64,000 nucleotides of DNA, from the NCBI GenBank assembly GCA_965644495.1, contig CBFFSA010000002.1, positions 868,001-932,000 of the forward strand. Reading direction: 5' to 3'. The notes under the pieces are model-generated. The model did not search any database and was not told where the DNA came from. It saw nothing but the letters and a program-made list of their open reading frames with translations. Origin of the DNA: Perkinsela sp. CCAP 1560/9 (lineage: Eukaryota > Protista > Euglenozoa: Kinetoplastea). The translations under genes were made by a program, and so were the position numbers. Positions 11,405-22,552 of the stretch are shown one piece after another (the first letter of the stretch is position 1; each line of letters opens with the position of its first letter).

Positions 11405-12310
11405 ATGATCCTGTTCCTATTTTTTTTATCCTGTGCGGATACGGATACTTCTGTCGTCCGCAGAGGAAAGGTACGCGGATCTGTTTTGCCCGTTCATATG
11501 TATCTTTCCAAATTTGCTTCTGTGTCGAATCCACACGCCACATGGGCTACTTACGAGAACGTCTGTACCTGGTTTGGAGTCAAATGCAATGCACACGAAA
11601 AAGCCATTTCGATAGACTGGTCTCACAAAGGACTCCGTGGCAACATTTCTTGGGAATACACACCGGAAACCCTGCAAGCTCTAATTCTTACCTCAAATGT
11701 ATTGAAAGGAAATATCCAGAGTAGATACTTGGGTCCCGAGTTAAAGAATCTACACGTTTCCAGGAATCTTTTTAGTGGTCCGATGGAATACGATGCTCTC
11801 CCTTTATCCCTCAAGTGTATAGCCATAAGTCACAATCCTATCGGAGGAGAGTCTAGTTTTTCAGCACTACCTCAAGGATTGAAAAGTTTGCTGGCAGCGA
11901 ATATTGGTATACGTGGCCGTCTGGCTGTATCTTCTCTACCTCGCACCCTAGAGTACGTAAATTTGTTTGAAAATAAATTATCCGGTTCACTTGATCTTTC
12001 AGAACTTCCCGTGACTCTTCTTGAGTTCATTGTTGGAAGGAACCACTGTTCTGGTGTTGTTCATCTTGATCGGCTTCCTTCCGGACTTCGGCAACTTAAT
12101 CTTTCTGAAAATGAATTTTATGGAGATCTTGATTTGCGAAATTTGCCAAAACAAATGATTTTTATTCGACTCAATGGAAATATGTTCTCGGGCAAACCAT
12201 ACTTTGGTTCTTTACCTCCAGGGTTAGCAGCTCTACATATTAGCGTGAGTCCGGACCTCGAGCTGCCGCTCGCTGGAAACCATCCTGCCTCAGTACATAT
12301 ACACGTATAA
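11405..12310 (+). CDS. LRR protein
   Basis: CAD...RRGKVRGSVLP leader, CTWFGVKC cap, about nine LP-type LRRs. Confidence 0.88.
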   Translation: MILFLFFLSCADTDTSVVRRGKVRGSVLPVHMYLSKFASVSNPHATWATYENVCTWFGVKCNAHEKAISIDWSHKGLRGNISWEYTPETLQALILTSNVLKGNIQSRYLGPELKNLHVSRNLFSGPMEYDALPLSLKCIAISHNPIGGESSFSALPQGLKSLLAANIGIRGRLAVSSLPRTLEYVNLFENKLSGSLDLSELPVTLLEFIVGRNHCSGVVHLDRLPSGLRQLNLSENEFYGDLDLRNLPKQMIFIRLNGNMFSGKPYFGSLPPGLAALHISVSPDLELPLAGNHPASVHIHV

Positions 12311-12334
12311 AAAACGATAATTTTCCCCTAAAAA

Positions 12335-12505
12335 AAATAGCTAGCTGGCCACCTCGTGGGAAAGTGACCAGGTGGCCATTTTTTTATGCTGTTCCGATTG
12401 ATCTGATACGAAATACAAACTGTGTTTTTGGTAGCCAGCTAACCATTTTTTCTGGAGGTGGCCGGCTAGCCAATTATTTCAGAATGTGGCCAGCTGGCCA
12501 TAAAA
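12335..12505 (-). repeat. Degenerate fragment of the TGGCCAGCTGGCCA-containing element seen at 54.5-58.9 kb
   Basis: GTGGCCAGCTGGCCA near 12487. AATACAAACTGTGTTTTTGGTAGCCAGCTAACCA approximates the reverse complement of 54541-54575. Confidence 0.6.
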
Positions 12506-12821
12506 AGGTGTACTTTTTTTCGTTCATTCGTTATTCCCCCGGTCACTGGAACGCGTTTTGATAAAAACAATGGATCTGGAACTTAGTTATACTAGTTACA
12601 TAGTAAGTTATACTAAGAGCTGAAAAATATTCCTCAAACTCTTAAACAGTTGTGGTTTGTAAATTCGGGGAACAGAATCAATCATTTATTATCAATCATT
12701 TAGAGGGCTGAAATCACCTGGGTTTGCCTAGGTTTGCCTGGGTTTGCTAATTTTCTATATTGTAGTGGTTTCAAAATGTCTTCCCCCCTGCGGAAATTTT
12801 TCGCCTTGTTTATGTAACCCG

Positions 12822-12958
12822 GGGTGCGGATTAATATTTAAATGCGGATTAATATTTAAATTCGCTTTAATCTTTAAATTGCAAGTTAATATTTAAATTT
12901 TATTTAAATATTAACCTGTTTGCACATTAATATTTAAATGCAGATTAATATTTAACCC
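12822..12958. repeat. TTAATATTTAAAT repeats, possible subterminal region of the Merlin element
   Basis: About six direct or inverted copies just downstream of the Merlin ORF. No matching copy was found at the other end. Confidence 0.45.
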
Positions 12959-13091
12959 CCTCTTATACGCAATTTTTTGGCTAAACTGAAGCAAAATTCG
13001 TTTTTTTCGTTTTTTTCATAAATCCGTTCAAAAATTGCTCAAAAAATGTTGAAATATTTAAACTCACAACTTTAGACTTAAAAAGCGGACA

Positions 13092-14069
13092 CTATACGTA
13101 TACGCAAGCGCAGTGCTCTTTTAAATTTTCAAGCACGCGCAACAAAGCATCCCCCCCATTACACTTCAAACTTCCGCTTCCCTGCTCTGCGTAGGCCTGC
13201 ACCCGATCTTCTCTCCGGGCGGCTTTCCGGCCCAACACACCACCTTCACGCTTTGAACGCTTCTTGACGATTGAGTTCGCACATTCCACAGTGTTTGTGT
13301 GCACACCTTCCTCTGTGACCGACTGTCGACGGTGGTTGACGCTTTCCCACTTGTAGTACTGCCCGAGACGAACATTGTGACGAGCGCCGTCTGTTCAAAT
13401 TCTGGTACGTTCTCCTGCGGCTAGTTCTGTAATTCCGGGGACAAGAGAACCAGCAGTGCGATCTGGTACTACTTGCATTAAAATTTCGGATAACTTGTTG
13501 TTTCGAGTCGTCACCGCAACCGTTTGGGCTACTTGCGTACCTTCTGCGCGCACGCGCCTCGAACCGTGACTACCTCGGTGACGTTTCCGAACCGAGAAAA
13601 AAGTTTCATCACCCTGCATCGAGTGGACGCTCCCTCTTTGTCGGGCGCGTCGACGCAAATGACAAGTTGCCATGATGGAATCAATCCACTGACGTAGCGA
13701 TATAATTGTTTTCTCACTGAGCTCCGTCTCTGCAACAGACACCTCATGTTTATTCCCCCGAACGTAAAGTACAATGTACTTCAGTGTTTGTTTAGCGCTT
13801 CGCTGCGCCCTGCCCGGCAACAGTGGACCCGTCTTCTCATATATCCCTTTGCAAGACTTCGTGCACTTCCATTTTTCACCATTCATTTCCATAGTGTGGT
13901 CACTCGTGTGATTTCGCTTGCAACATATGACCTTTTGTGCCACCAACTTATGATCTTGTAGCCACTCCACACACTGCTTTTCAGTCCAAGTTGCAATCTT
14001 ACTTATTGTCAGCTTTCGCCGACAAGAAAACCCAACACACCCCGTGCAAGGCATGGAAAGATAGACCAA
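13092..14069 (-). pseudogene. Merlin (IS1595/ISXO2-like) DDE transposase with one premature TGA
   Basis: N-terminal Cys/His region, then QGDETFFSVRKRHRG, VPDRTAGSLVPGI, RI*TDG, VNH...GVHTNTVE. All are in one frame across the TGA at 13395-13397. Confidence 0.85.
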
Positions 14070-14687
14070 GTAACTGGAAATGGCGAAAAGAATAGCGAAA
14101 AACTCAAGAAAATATGAATACGATCTCTGGAGAAGTATTTTCTACAATCAGAGAATTTGATAGACAAAAGCTGAAAAAAACCGAATTTTGCTTCAGTTTC
14201 ACCAATTTTTTCCACGCTTGTGCACTTCCGAGCCTCGTTCCGAGTCACTTTTTTATTAAACGGGTTCTAAAAACTGCGTACTGTACTCGACTTTTTGATG
14301 CAATACGGAGATTAGTATACGGAGTAGTGAAAAAGACCTGTACTTTCAAAGTAACCTTAGTAGGCGATTTAGTACGCACCGTGTCTCCCTCAATAAAAGA
14401 TCATAGTTACAGTGTATGTCGAATACCTCATGCAGAGGTATTGCGCTAATCTCAGGGGAATGCGCTAAAAAACGTTAATAACACAATAACAAACTTCTTT
14501 TTTTAATCCATTCTCATTTTCAACGCTCTTTTTGAGTTGAACGTTGACACAATAATTTGTCATTCTTGAGATGGTCATTCTTATTTTCGTGACTCTCAGA
14601 TGGGTGACGACAACTGTTCATCAAGGAAAGAGTATCAATTATCACGTCGTCCTCTAGCATCATATTTTACCATATCTCCTATTTTTC

Positions 14688-15932
14688 ATGAAAGCCATCG
14701 TGTTACCGAGAAAAAATCTAGCAAGCAAATACGCTACATTCCGTTTTTATACCTCTCTTGGAACGCCAAAAGAAGCATCAAAAGAACTACTTGCCGAATT
14801 CCTTCGGGAAAAACGAAACGCACTACAGGTAGAAAACATAAAACTTCTGAATTTTATCTCTGAAGCCCGCCGTCGTTCATTGCAGCTACGAAATAACCTG
14901 AATCGCTACCCTTCCGAGAAAAAACAACCTATATCTTCAAACATTCCCACATGTGTCATAAGAAAAAGGTCCTCCCTAGTAGAGGGCAGCGCGATTGTCT
15001 CATTTACAGGTATTGTTGAATCCGTACGCAAAGGTCTGTCCCTCCAACAAGAGACTTCAAATCAAAAAAAACACAAAAATGTCCCTACCTGGGAAATCCC
15101 AGACACCTCTTGTCCATCAGCATCAAATGCTACACCTACGTCTCCAATTCGTCACACTCTCCCCGACGAGTGTTGCATCCTTACCCTACGTATTCCCAGT
15201 TTCCTCCCTGGCTTAGGCACCCCGGACCTCACGTGTGTGCTCCAGGACGCCTACAACACGGGTCACGAACCTCCGAGTCACGCCGTCGACTCTATTTCAC
15301 ATTTTTCTTCTTCATCTTCTCGCCCAAATTTTTCTTTTTCTTCTTTTTCCTTATCTTCTTCTTATGCTTCTTTCACCCCTCCCTCGTGCTACGGTCGAGC
15401 GGAGTATGAAGTAGTCCGCTACGTGGTATATACCTTTGGGGTGTGTGCCAGACTCGCACTCCAGGAGGTGCGTCGCCGGCACGTGGTGAGTGTCACCGGA
15501 AACCTTCACACGGGGATGTACGCACAAACCCACGCACGAGCCCAAGTCAACGCCTATCGAAATTATTGCCTACAAAAGGTAAGGGAAGAAAAAGCGAAGG
15601 GGGGCCAAGAGAATCCAGGGGAAGTCTCCTCCGTGGGAAATACTATAGGAGAGGGACACGCCCCTGCTTATTGTTTTCCAGAAACAGAGCAGGAGATACA
15701 ACAACGGTTGTACTCTCTTCCTCTTGAGTATCCTAAAGAGGGTTTGCCGTTAAGTCTAACAAAAACCGGGGAATTCTACCCCGAGGGGATACAACCCTTG
15801 GATGGGGAAAGCCGCAAACCAGCTCTTCACGAGCGGCATGGTCACGTGATTGTGTCCCACCCCCAGGGATCTGTAATGGTCCTTGGAGGGGTCACGAGGG
15901 AGGAGGAACAGGAGTTAGTGGGAGAGGGTTAG
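14688..15932 (+). CDS. SSB-like OB-fold protein resembling KREPA (editosome) family, with long insertions
   Basis: Basic N-terminal presequence-like segment. IVSFTGIVESVRKG, RYVVYTFG...VRRRHVVSVTGNL and VIVSHPQGSVMVLG resemble the KREPA OB-fold as I recall it. Confidence 0.5.
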   Translation: MKAIVLPRKNLASKYATFRFYTSLGTPKEASKELLAEFLREKRNALQVENIKLLNFISEARRRSLQLRNNLNRYPSEKKQPISSNIPTCVIRKRSSLVEGSAIVSFTGIVESVRKGLSLQQETSNQKKHKNVPTWEIPDTSCPSASNATPTSPIRHTLPDECCILTLRIPSFLPGLGTPDLTCVLQDAYNTGHEPPSHAVDSISHFSSSSSRPNFSFSSFSLSSSYASFTPPSCYGRAEYEVVRYVVYTFGVCARLALQEVRRRHVVSVTGNLHTGMYAQTHARAQVNAYRNYCLQKVREEKAKGGQENPGEVSSVGNTIGEGHAPAYCFPETEQEIQQRLYSLPLEYPKEGLPLSLTKTGEFYPEGIQPLDGESRKPALHERHGHVIVSHPQGSVMVLGGVTREEEQELVGEG

Positions 15933-16134
15933 TTATAGGGTCACGAATGGGTCATACAATTTCCAGAGATTAGTGTCTTAAGTGGTATGTACAGTGTAGC
16001 ATAGAGTATGTGTTGCTTTATTTCGCGACAGTTTCGTTTTATTTCTTGTAGCTTTTCCTTGGTAAAAAAATGAATTTTTCTCTTTCTCTCTTTTGAGTTT
16101 CTTTCCCGACATACATATACATGTATGTATTTCT

Positions 16135-16980
16135 ATGTTTGTCTCGTTAAGTGTACGTTTAACATGTGCAAAGGATCCGTTAGCCAAAGTTGATGCACTG
16201 CATCCTGCGAGGGTTCGTGGGGCTGTTCTTCCTCAAGTGTATGACATGTCTCGGCTTATCGAAAACGCTACATTTGACTCATGCCTCAACTGGAGAATAG
16301 ATGTTGAAGTATGTAAGTGGGACGGCCTCAAGTGCAACAACAGGGGTGAGATAGATTCCATCGCTTGGTCATTTAATGCTCTCAGATTGCTACCAAGTCA
16401 AAGTCTTAAAGGCACAATGAACTTTAAGTGCCTTCCTCGAACCCTAGAGACTGTGGACTTTCAAGAAAATCAATTAACCGGGGAAGTGTGTCTGGTAGAT
16501 CTGCCACCAAACATGCAGGTTTTTGCCCTTAGTAAGAACTGTTTTACCGGTTCAATCGATTTGACGTCTCTTCCGGAGAGTTTGGAACACCTCTATCTGG
16601 ACGAGAATCGTTTTTCTGGTGAAATTTGTTTGAACAAGCTTCCGGCACAAATGGATTTTCTTTGCCTTGGAGGAAACGCTTTAACGGGTCACGTTGATTT
16701 ACGTTCCCTCCCGCAGGGAATGACGAGACTGAATTTGGATAGAAATCAATTTTCAGGGCCACTATTCTTGAATGATCTTCCACCTAATATGGAAGAACTT
16801 CTTCTTGACAATAACGACTTTTCTTCTATTGATTTAAGACGACTTCCATGTAATTTGTGCACGTTCACTTTATCCAATAATAAAGAACTTCGTGGTGAGA
16901 TTCAGAAATCAAATCTTCCAAGGAATTTAAAGCACCTGATGTATACTTCTTTTGGTACCAAGCTTAAATTTATCGATTAA
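16135..16980 (+). CDS. LRR protein
   Basis: CAKDP...RVRGAVLPQ leader, CKWDGLKC cap, about seven LRRs. Confidence 0.88.
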   Translation: MFVSLSVRLTCAKDPLAKVDALHPARVRGAVLPQVYDMSRLIENATFDSCLNWRIDVEVCKWDGLKCNNRGEIDSIAWSFNALRLLPSQSLKGTMNFKCLPRTLETVDFQENQLTGEVCLVDLPPNMQVFALSKNCFTGSIDLTSLPESLEHLYLDENRFSGEICLNKLPAQMDFLCLGGNALTGHVDLRSLPQGMTRLNLDRNQFSGPLFLNDLPPNMEELLLDNNDFSSIDLRRLPCNLCTFTLSNNKELRGEIQKSNLPRNLKHLMYTSFGTKLKFID

Positions 16981-17248
16981 CTATGACTAACCCCCCCCTC
17001 GCTTATACACTTGCTGTATATACACTTACGGTTATAAATCCCTCGACAATAATAAGGCACCCCCCCTTGTTTTACAACACTATATACACTTACACTTATA
17101 TATACACATATTTGCTACCTTTGCTTGTATACACTTACACAAGTGTTTCCGGCATAAGAAAAACAAAGATACGGAGCCACACAGTGTGGGTCACACAGTA
17201 CTTCCACCTTTCCATGTCGGATATTTTTTAATCAAACCAAGTACTCAA

Positions 17249-18178
17249 ATGAACTCCGCAGACTCGGATGATGAGCTTGACAGCGTTTTGGATACTGCCC
17301 TTAACTCCTTTGACATCAAACAACAGGAAGAGAAGGCGAAGAGAGCACAAGCAGCGTCGCACTCCCCTTCTCCCACACTTCCCGGTGAGGAGGAAGAAAT
17401 GCTTCACCTTGTGCAGCAACTTACCACACAGCTACTGCAGAACCCCGATCAGGAACCCGCACTCAGCGCGGCGCAGGAGAAAAGGTTAGAAGCGTACGTT
17501 GCACGTGAGATGCGAAACACTCCGGAGCTTTCAAGCGTCCTTCCCACCGATACCCCTCTTGAGCATATCTCCGAGGAGCAGCTTCTCGCCTCCTTGGAGC
17601 AGCTTCAAAAAATGTGTGACGAAATGGGAGAACCAAAAATAGCGAAAGATAAGATCTCTTCAAAGAAACCAGAGGAGGGCTCAATCAAAACTCTAGAGGG
17701 GCTACATGAGGCAGAAATGGTCTCGGGGACCGAAGACAGTCTCTCGCCTCTTCCAGACGTTTCACCTTCTATTTCAGAAGCTACAGGCTCGGCCACGAAG
17801 TCACAGTACGAACGTTTCGAAAAGAAATTACTCGAAAAAACGATCTCCTTGGATAATTTTGCAATACCGTTTTTACGGCTTCAAAAAGCGTGTGAGCGGT
17901 GGGAGGAGACCCATGCGGGGAGTGCATCCGAAAATGAGGTGATCTGTGTGAATCACCACCGTACGGTGCTGACCCAATTGTGTGAGCTGCTCTCGGGATC
18001 TGCGTCCTCCGTATCGTCTCCTTGCGCAGGTAGTGAGGTAGATGAGGCACGTGTAGCTTCGGCACTGGGGGCACATAGTCCGGAAATTTTTACTGTTTTA
18101 GAGCGACTATATGATAAGGGGGAGCCTCCATCGAGCTTGCTGGATCTTCTTCAGGAAATCGAAAAGGAGGGGCAGTAA
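17249..18178 (+). CDS. PEX19: Peroxin PEX19-like
   Basis: N-terminal DDELDSVLDTALNSFD resembles the Pex3-binding motif; acidic middle; C-terminal LERLYDKGEPPSSLL resembles the G.PP motif. No CaaX. Confidence 0.65.
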   Translation: MNSADSDDELDSVLDTALNSFDIKQQEEKAKRAQAASHSPSPTLPGEEEEMLHLVQQLTTQLLQNPDQEPALSAAQEKRLEAYVAREMRNTPELSSVLPTDTPLEHISEEQLLASLEQLQKMCDEMGEPKIAKDKISSKKPEEGSIKTLEGLHEAEMVSGTEDSLSPLPDVSPSISEATGSATKSQYERFEKKLLEKTISLDNFAIPFLRLQKACERWEETHAGSASENEVICVNHHRTVLTQLCELLSGSASSVSSPCAGSEVDEARVASALGAHSPEIFTVLERLYDKGEPPSSLLDLLQEIEKEGQ

Positions 18179-18345
18179 GCGTTTTTCAGAGTCAAGACGC
18201 GTACAGTATCCATGCATGGAGAGTTTATTATCGTGAAACCTTTAAATTCCATTTTTTTATGGGGAATAGAGTTTGAACCTGCTTCTTCTTCTTCTTCTTT
18301 CACCTCTTCTTTCTTCCACCTTTTCCTTCCCTCCCCCACCCCTCC

Positions 18346-18948
18346 ATGGCCTTCACCCTCCCCCCTCTCCCCTACCCCACCGACGCTCTCGTCCCCAAGG
18401 GCTTCTCCGTCGAGCAGCTCACCTTCCACTACGAAAAGCACCACCGCGGGTACGTCACGAAGCTCAACGCCGCCGCGGCCGCCTCCCCGCCCCTGGCCGC
18501 GCTGGGCTCCGTCGAGGCCGTCATCCGGCACGAGCCCGAGGGGGGCGCGCACTACAACCTCGCGGCCCAGATCTACAACCACACGTTCTACTGGAACGGG
18601 CTGAGTCCCCGCGGCGGGGGGCTCCCGGCCGGGGCGCTCGCGGCCCGCATCGAACACGACTTCGGCTCGTTCGAGGCGTTTCGCGAGAAGTTCACCGCCG
18701 CCGCGACGAGCCACTTTGGCAGCGGATGGGCGTGGCTGGTGCAGGAGAGTGGGGGGAAGACGCTCAAGGTGGTCTCGACCCATGACGCGGGGTGTCCGCT
18801 GTCCCGGGAGGGGATGGTGCCTCTGCTGGCGTGTGATGTGTGGGAACATGCGTATTATATTGATTACCGGAATGACCGGGCGTCGTATATTGAAAGTTTT
18901 TGGAGTGCGGTGAATTGGGATTTCGTGGCGTCGAATTTGTTGAAGTAA
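18346..18948 (+). CDS. SODB: Iron superoxide dismutase
   Basis: [47 protein letters not shown]. The AAQ motif indicates the Fe type. Confidence 0.96.
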   Translation: MAFTLPPLPYPTDALVPKGFSVEQLTFHYEKHHRGYVTKLNAAAAASPPLAALGSVEAVIRHEPEGGAHYNLAAQIYNHTFYWNGLSPRGGGLPAGALAARIEHDFGSFEAFREKFTAAATSHFGSGWAWLVQESGGKTLKVVSTHDAGCPLSREGMVPLLACDVWEHAYYIDYRNDRASYIESFWSAVNWDFVASNLLK

Positions 18949-19422
18949 GGCGAGGTGAGAGGTTGCTTTTTTTGGTGCTGTTTATACAAAGGATTCGCGG
19001 GTGAAAAGTTGGTGTTTAAAGTGGTTGATTGTGTAGCAGAGTAAGAAATTATATTTTATTCGTTTTGCCTTTGCAAAAAAGAAATAAGAACACTTTTGTT
19101 TCGTTTTTATTTTGCCATGCTTGAAAAATAAAGTGATAATTACATGACGTTGAATCAAGTTGCTATTTTTCTTACATTACACGCAATGAATCGATGATTT
19201 ATTAAATACTTTGGCATGGATAGAGACGGAGAGAAATTTTCTTTACAGGATATAGTTTTTTCACCCAGGTGACTCAGCAGTAAAAAGGTCAATAAATTGG
19301 CCATCCAATGAATCGTTGTTTTCCACCACAAACTAAGCGAGCAACATGTAATTTTTCTGTTCAGCATTTTTTCTCTTATTACTGTTTTATTGTCATTGCT
19401 CCAACTCTTTCGAGCCATTACA

Positions 19423-20034
19423 ATGTCACGCAGTGTATCATGCGCAGATCAATCTCCAATAGCCCTGAAACCAGGCAAAATACGTGGCACATCACTACCA
19501 CAGGAGTATTACCTCTCCATTCTAATCCAGCATATGAGTGATAATAGGTGGTTGGGGAAAGAAGGCCACGCCTGCGAATGGAATGGAGTTGGATGCAATG
19601 CTGATCATATCATTACTGATCTGCGGTGGTCGGGATGTGGGCTGCGCGGCACTGTACCTTGGGAACATATACCAGAAACCGTCCTCTCACTAGATTTCGG
19701 TAAGTCGGAATTTGAATTCGGAGAAAAATTTTCTCGTAATAATCTACAGGGAACAGTGAATTGGGGTGCGTTCCCTCGTATGCTACGTGAACTTTCTCTG
19801 TCGCACAACAAGTTTGAGGGCGAAATTCTCTTCGCTGAGCTTCCCGCGACGTTGCGAAAACTAAATTTAAAATCCAACCGCTTCTCCGGGGTTATTTGCT
19901 TTGAAACAATTCCTAAGGATCTCGTTTTTTGTGATTTGACAAAGAACAGGGATCTGAGAGGGAAGCTCGACCAAACTAAACTCGGGGGATCTGTTCGTTT
20001 CAACGTAGCGCACACTATGATTGCTGTACTATAA
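19423..20034 (+). CDS. LRR protein
   Basis: CADQ...PGKIRGTSLPQEYYL leader, CEWNGVGC cap, LRRs. Confidence 0.85.
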   Translation: MSRSVSCADQSPIALKPGKIRGTSLPQEYYLSILIQHMSDNRWLGKEGHACEWNGVGCNADHIITDLRWSGCGLRGTVPWEHIPETVLSLDFGKSEFEFGEKFSRNNLQGTVNWGAFPRMLRELSLSHNKFEGEILFAELPATLRKLNLKSNRFSGVICFETIPKDLVFCDLTKNRDLRGKLDQTKLGGSVRFNVAHTMIAVL

Positions 20035-20900
20035 TCTTTTTTTTACAATTTTCTGTTTCGACTTGATTTTTTTCAAAAATAGGACGAGTATACAATCTAT
20101 GTATGACGCAAGAAATCAATCTTTGGGAGAAGCCTCCGAGCGTTTAGTGATAAAATCAAAAATCTTAAACAGCTCTGCGACAAATCTTGACTGAAGTACG
20201 CAATTTCTGTTTCTCTTTTTAGAACACTCTCAAAACTACAACACTAATTTCATTTACCATACATTTTCTTTGTAAGATAGGGTTGGGCTCGTCGGGGGCT
20301 GACTCAGAATACGATGAGTCGGTCCAAAATGCTGTGCAATATACAAATTTCGTGCGCGAGGAAATATCCAAGTATTCGGGTCATAAGGGATGAATTACAA
20401 AATAGTTAAAACGTTTAAAAACATTACGGCTTCACTTATTTAAAAGAAGAAACACCGAGCTTTTTGAATGTGTGTACTATCCATTTTAATGATGTACATA
20501 CACGCTGTACGCTCGTAGATTTACGTGTTACAAAGCAAAAAACGTATTTTGGGGGATGCTCTTCGTGCTTGATATTTACACTCAACACAATTATTTGTGT
20601 AACAAAAAACAGGAAAACAAAATTTGTGAATTTTTAATTGTACAACATTTTTAAAAATGGAAAACTATTTATCTATTTTTTGCCCGAATTCTAAAAACAA
20701 ACTGTTTTTTAACCTAAACGAGGGTCCGGTTTAGCATACCTGTGAGCTCGTACCATACCGGAGGGGGTTTTTAGCGGTTCTCCCTGGTTCTCTTTAGCAG
20801 TTCTGAATGGTTGTGCCTAAATCCTTTTTTTTTATGTTTAACTTTCTTTTCAAACGTCCTTACCACACGTCCGAATACACGCACATTACTATTCATACCG

Positions 20901-21001
20901 AATTACCCTCATACCATTACTATTCCAAATCTATCTGTGAATGGTCTGGCTTACCAGTGACCGTCCGGAGCAATCCGGAATGATTCGGATTGGATTGGAT
21001 T
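20901..21001 (+). mobile_element. 5'-truncated retroposon 3' end with (GGATT)n tail
   Basis: 11-bp TSD TATTCATACCG at 20890-20900 and 21002-21012. The last ~80 nt match the reverse complement of 61398-61478. Confidence 0.8.
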
Positions 21002-21241
21002 TATTCATACCGCCTACATTTCATGCACTAAAGTTGTCTGTTCAATAACTACCCTCGTGCTAGTTACTATTGTACACCATACAATGTTATGGAATTGTCG
21101 CGCTTTCAATGACGCATTTAATACAAACGATAAATTTTATCGTGTACAACAGATCTGTTGGAATTATAGATGTTCTTTTTGCATTCTTTGTAATTCCAAC
21201 TGTTTATGGACTTCACTGCCAAATTTTAAGGCATTGTTTTA

Positions 21242-22336
21242 ATGCAAGTGTCACCCGCATCTCAAGGTCTGATTCACATTCGCTCACGAGAACCAGGCTA
21301 TGATACAGTTCCAAATATTTTTCCTTTTGAAGGGTCGTTGTGTAACGTTGAATCGCTCCGCAACTTTATTCACAGTTCTCTTCAGCTCTCTACTCATGTG
21401 GAAGTCGTTCTGTACAACACACAGGATCAAATCCTAAGTTATAGTTCAGTTCTTTCATCCTACAGCGTGGTATCGTACGAACTTCGTCGACTAACGCCAG
21501 AGCAATATGCATCAAAGATAGCCAACGAAAACGCTGTTGATTTATCAGCACTACTCATACCCGATTTGGATCTTTTTGGTAAGAATCAAGAGAGACAAAG
21601 CAACTTCAAAATATTCAAAATTTCTGATGCGGCGCGTTTGCTATCAGTTATAAAGTACCAGAGTGCATCCAATTTCAAAACAGGTGAAATTGTGACAATC
21701 GCATCTGAGAAAAGTTTGGAAGACGCGTCACAACCATCAAACACGGTCAGGACATTGTTAGATAAAGATACAAAGGAATCTAGCGAAAAAAAATTAAGTG
21801 TTCCAGATCACTTGCGATGTGAACTATGCACATTTATTTATAGCAACCCACGTCAAACAAATTGCTGCAATTTTTGCGGTTGTGATAGCTGTCTTCTTTT
21901 TAGTTTCGCATATTTTCGACGATGCCCAAAATGTGATACGAAGCAATTTGATTTAAGGTTGCAAGAAGCTCCTTCTGAGTTACAGAAGGAGTTGAAGTCC
22001 TTCACCATTCAAAGTTCTACATGCCTTCAAGAGGACCATCCGGAAAATCTAACTATTAATGCCGCGTGCTCAACAATCTCGAAGGATACTCAAACAACTC
22101 GGAATAGTGTTCAAAAAGAGAGAAACGTCATCGTGTCTCGCGATTTTTTTGACAGTCTTAAATCTTTAGATTATTTGGTTGAATCGCGCAAACGAGTGCG
22201 CGCAGAGAAATCCAACTTCGATTGGTCTGCTGAAGAAACAGCATTGCTCCATCGCGTGCGACAAGCAAAGGAGGGTCGGGCACAGATGCCTGTGTTGAAT
22301 GAATATCAAAGGCGCAAGTTTTCAAAATATCTTTAA
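21242..22336 (+). CDS. DWNN ubiquitin-like plus RING protein (Mpe1/RBBP6-like)
   Basis: IHIRSRE..YDTV..FEG DWNN-like start, and RING VPDHLRCELC...NCCNFCGCDSCL...CPKC. Confidence 0.65.
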   Translation: MQVSPASQGLIHIRSREPGYDTVPNIFPFEGSLCNVESLRNFIHSSLQLSTHVEVVLYNTQDQILSYSSVLSSYSVVSYELRRLTPEQYASKIANENAVDLSALLIPDLDLFGKNQERQSNFKIFKISDAARLLSVIKYQSASNFKTGEIVTIASEKSLEDASQPSNTVRTLLDKDTKESSEKKLSVPDHLRCELCTFIYSNPRQTNCCNFCGCDSCLLFSFAYFRRCPKCDTKQFDLRLQEAPSELQKELKSFTIQSSTCLQEDHPENLTINAACSTISKDTQTTRNSVQKERNVIVSRDFFDSLKSLDYLVESRKRVRAEKSNFDWSAEETALLHRVRQAKEGRAQMPVLNEYQRRKFSKYL

Positions 22337-22552
22337 AAAGAAAATTATTTTGAAACATCCTGAAGAAACGTACTTCCCAAGCTTTCGGCGTTCGCCACAA
22401 TAAAAAAATATTTATTTATCTAAAAGTTTGATAAAGTCTTGAAATGTTAAAGATTGTTTTGTCATCCGTTAAATATTTCCTGTCTTGATATTTCTTCGGC
22501 CAGCTTCTAAATCAATCTTCATCTCTCCTTTTCTAACATCCGCACATCACCC

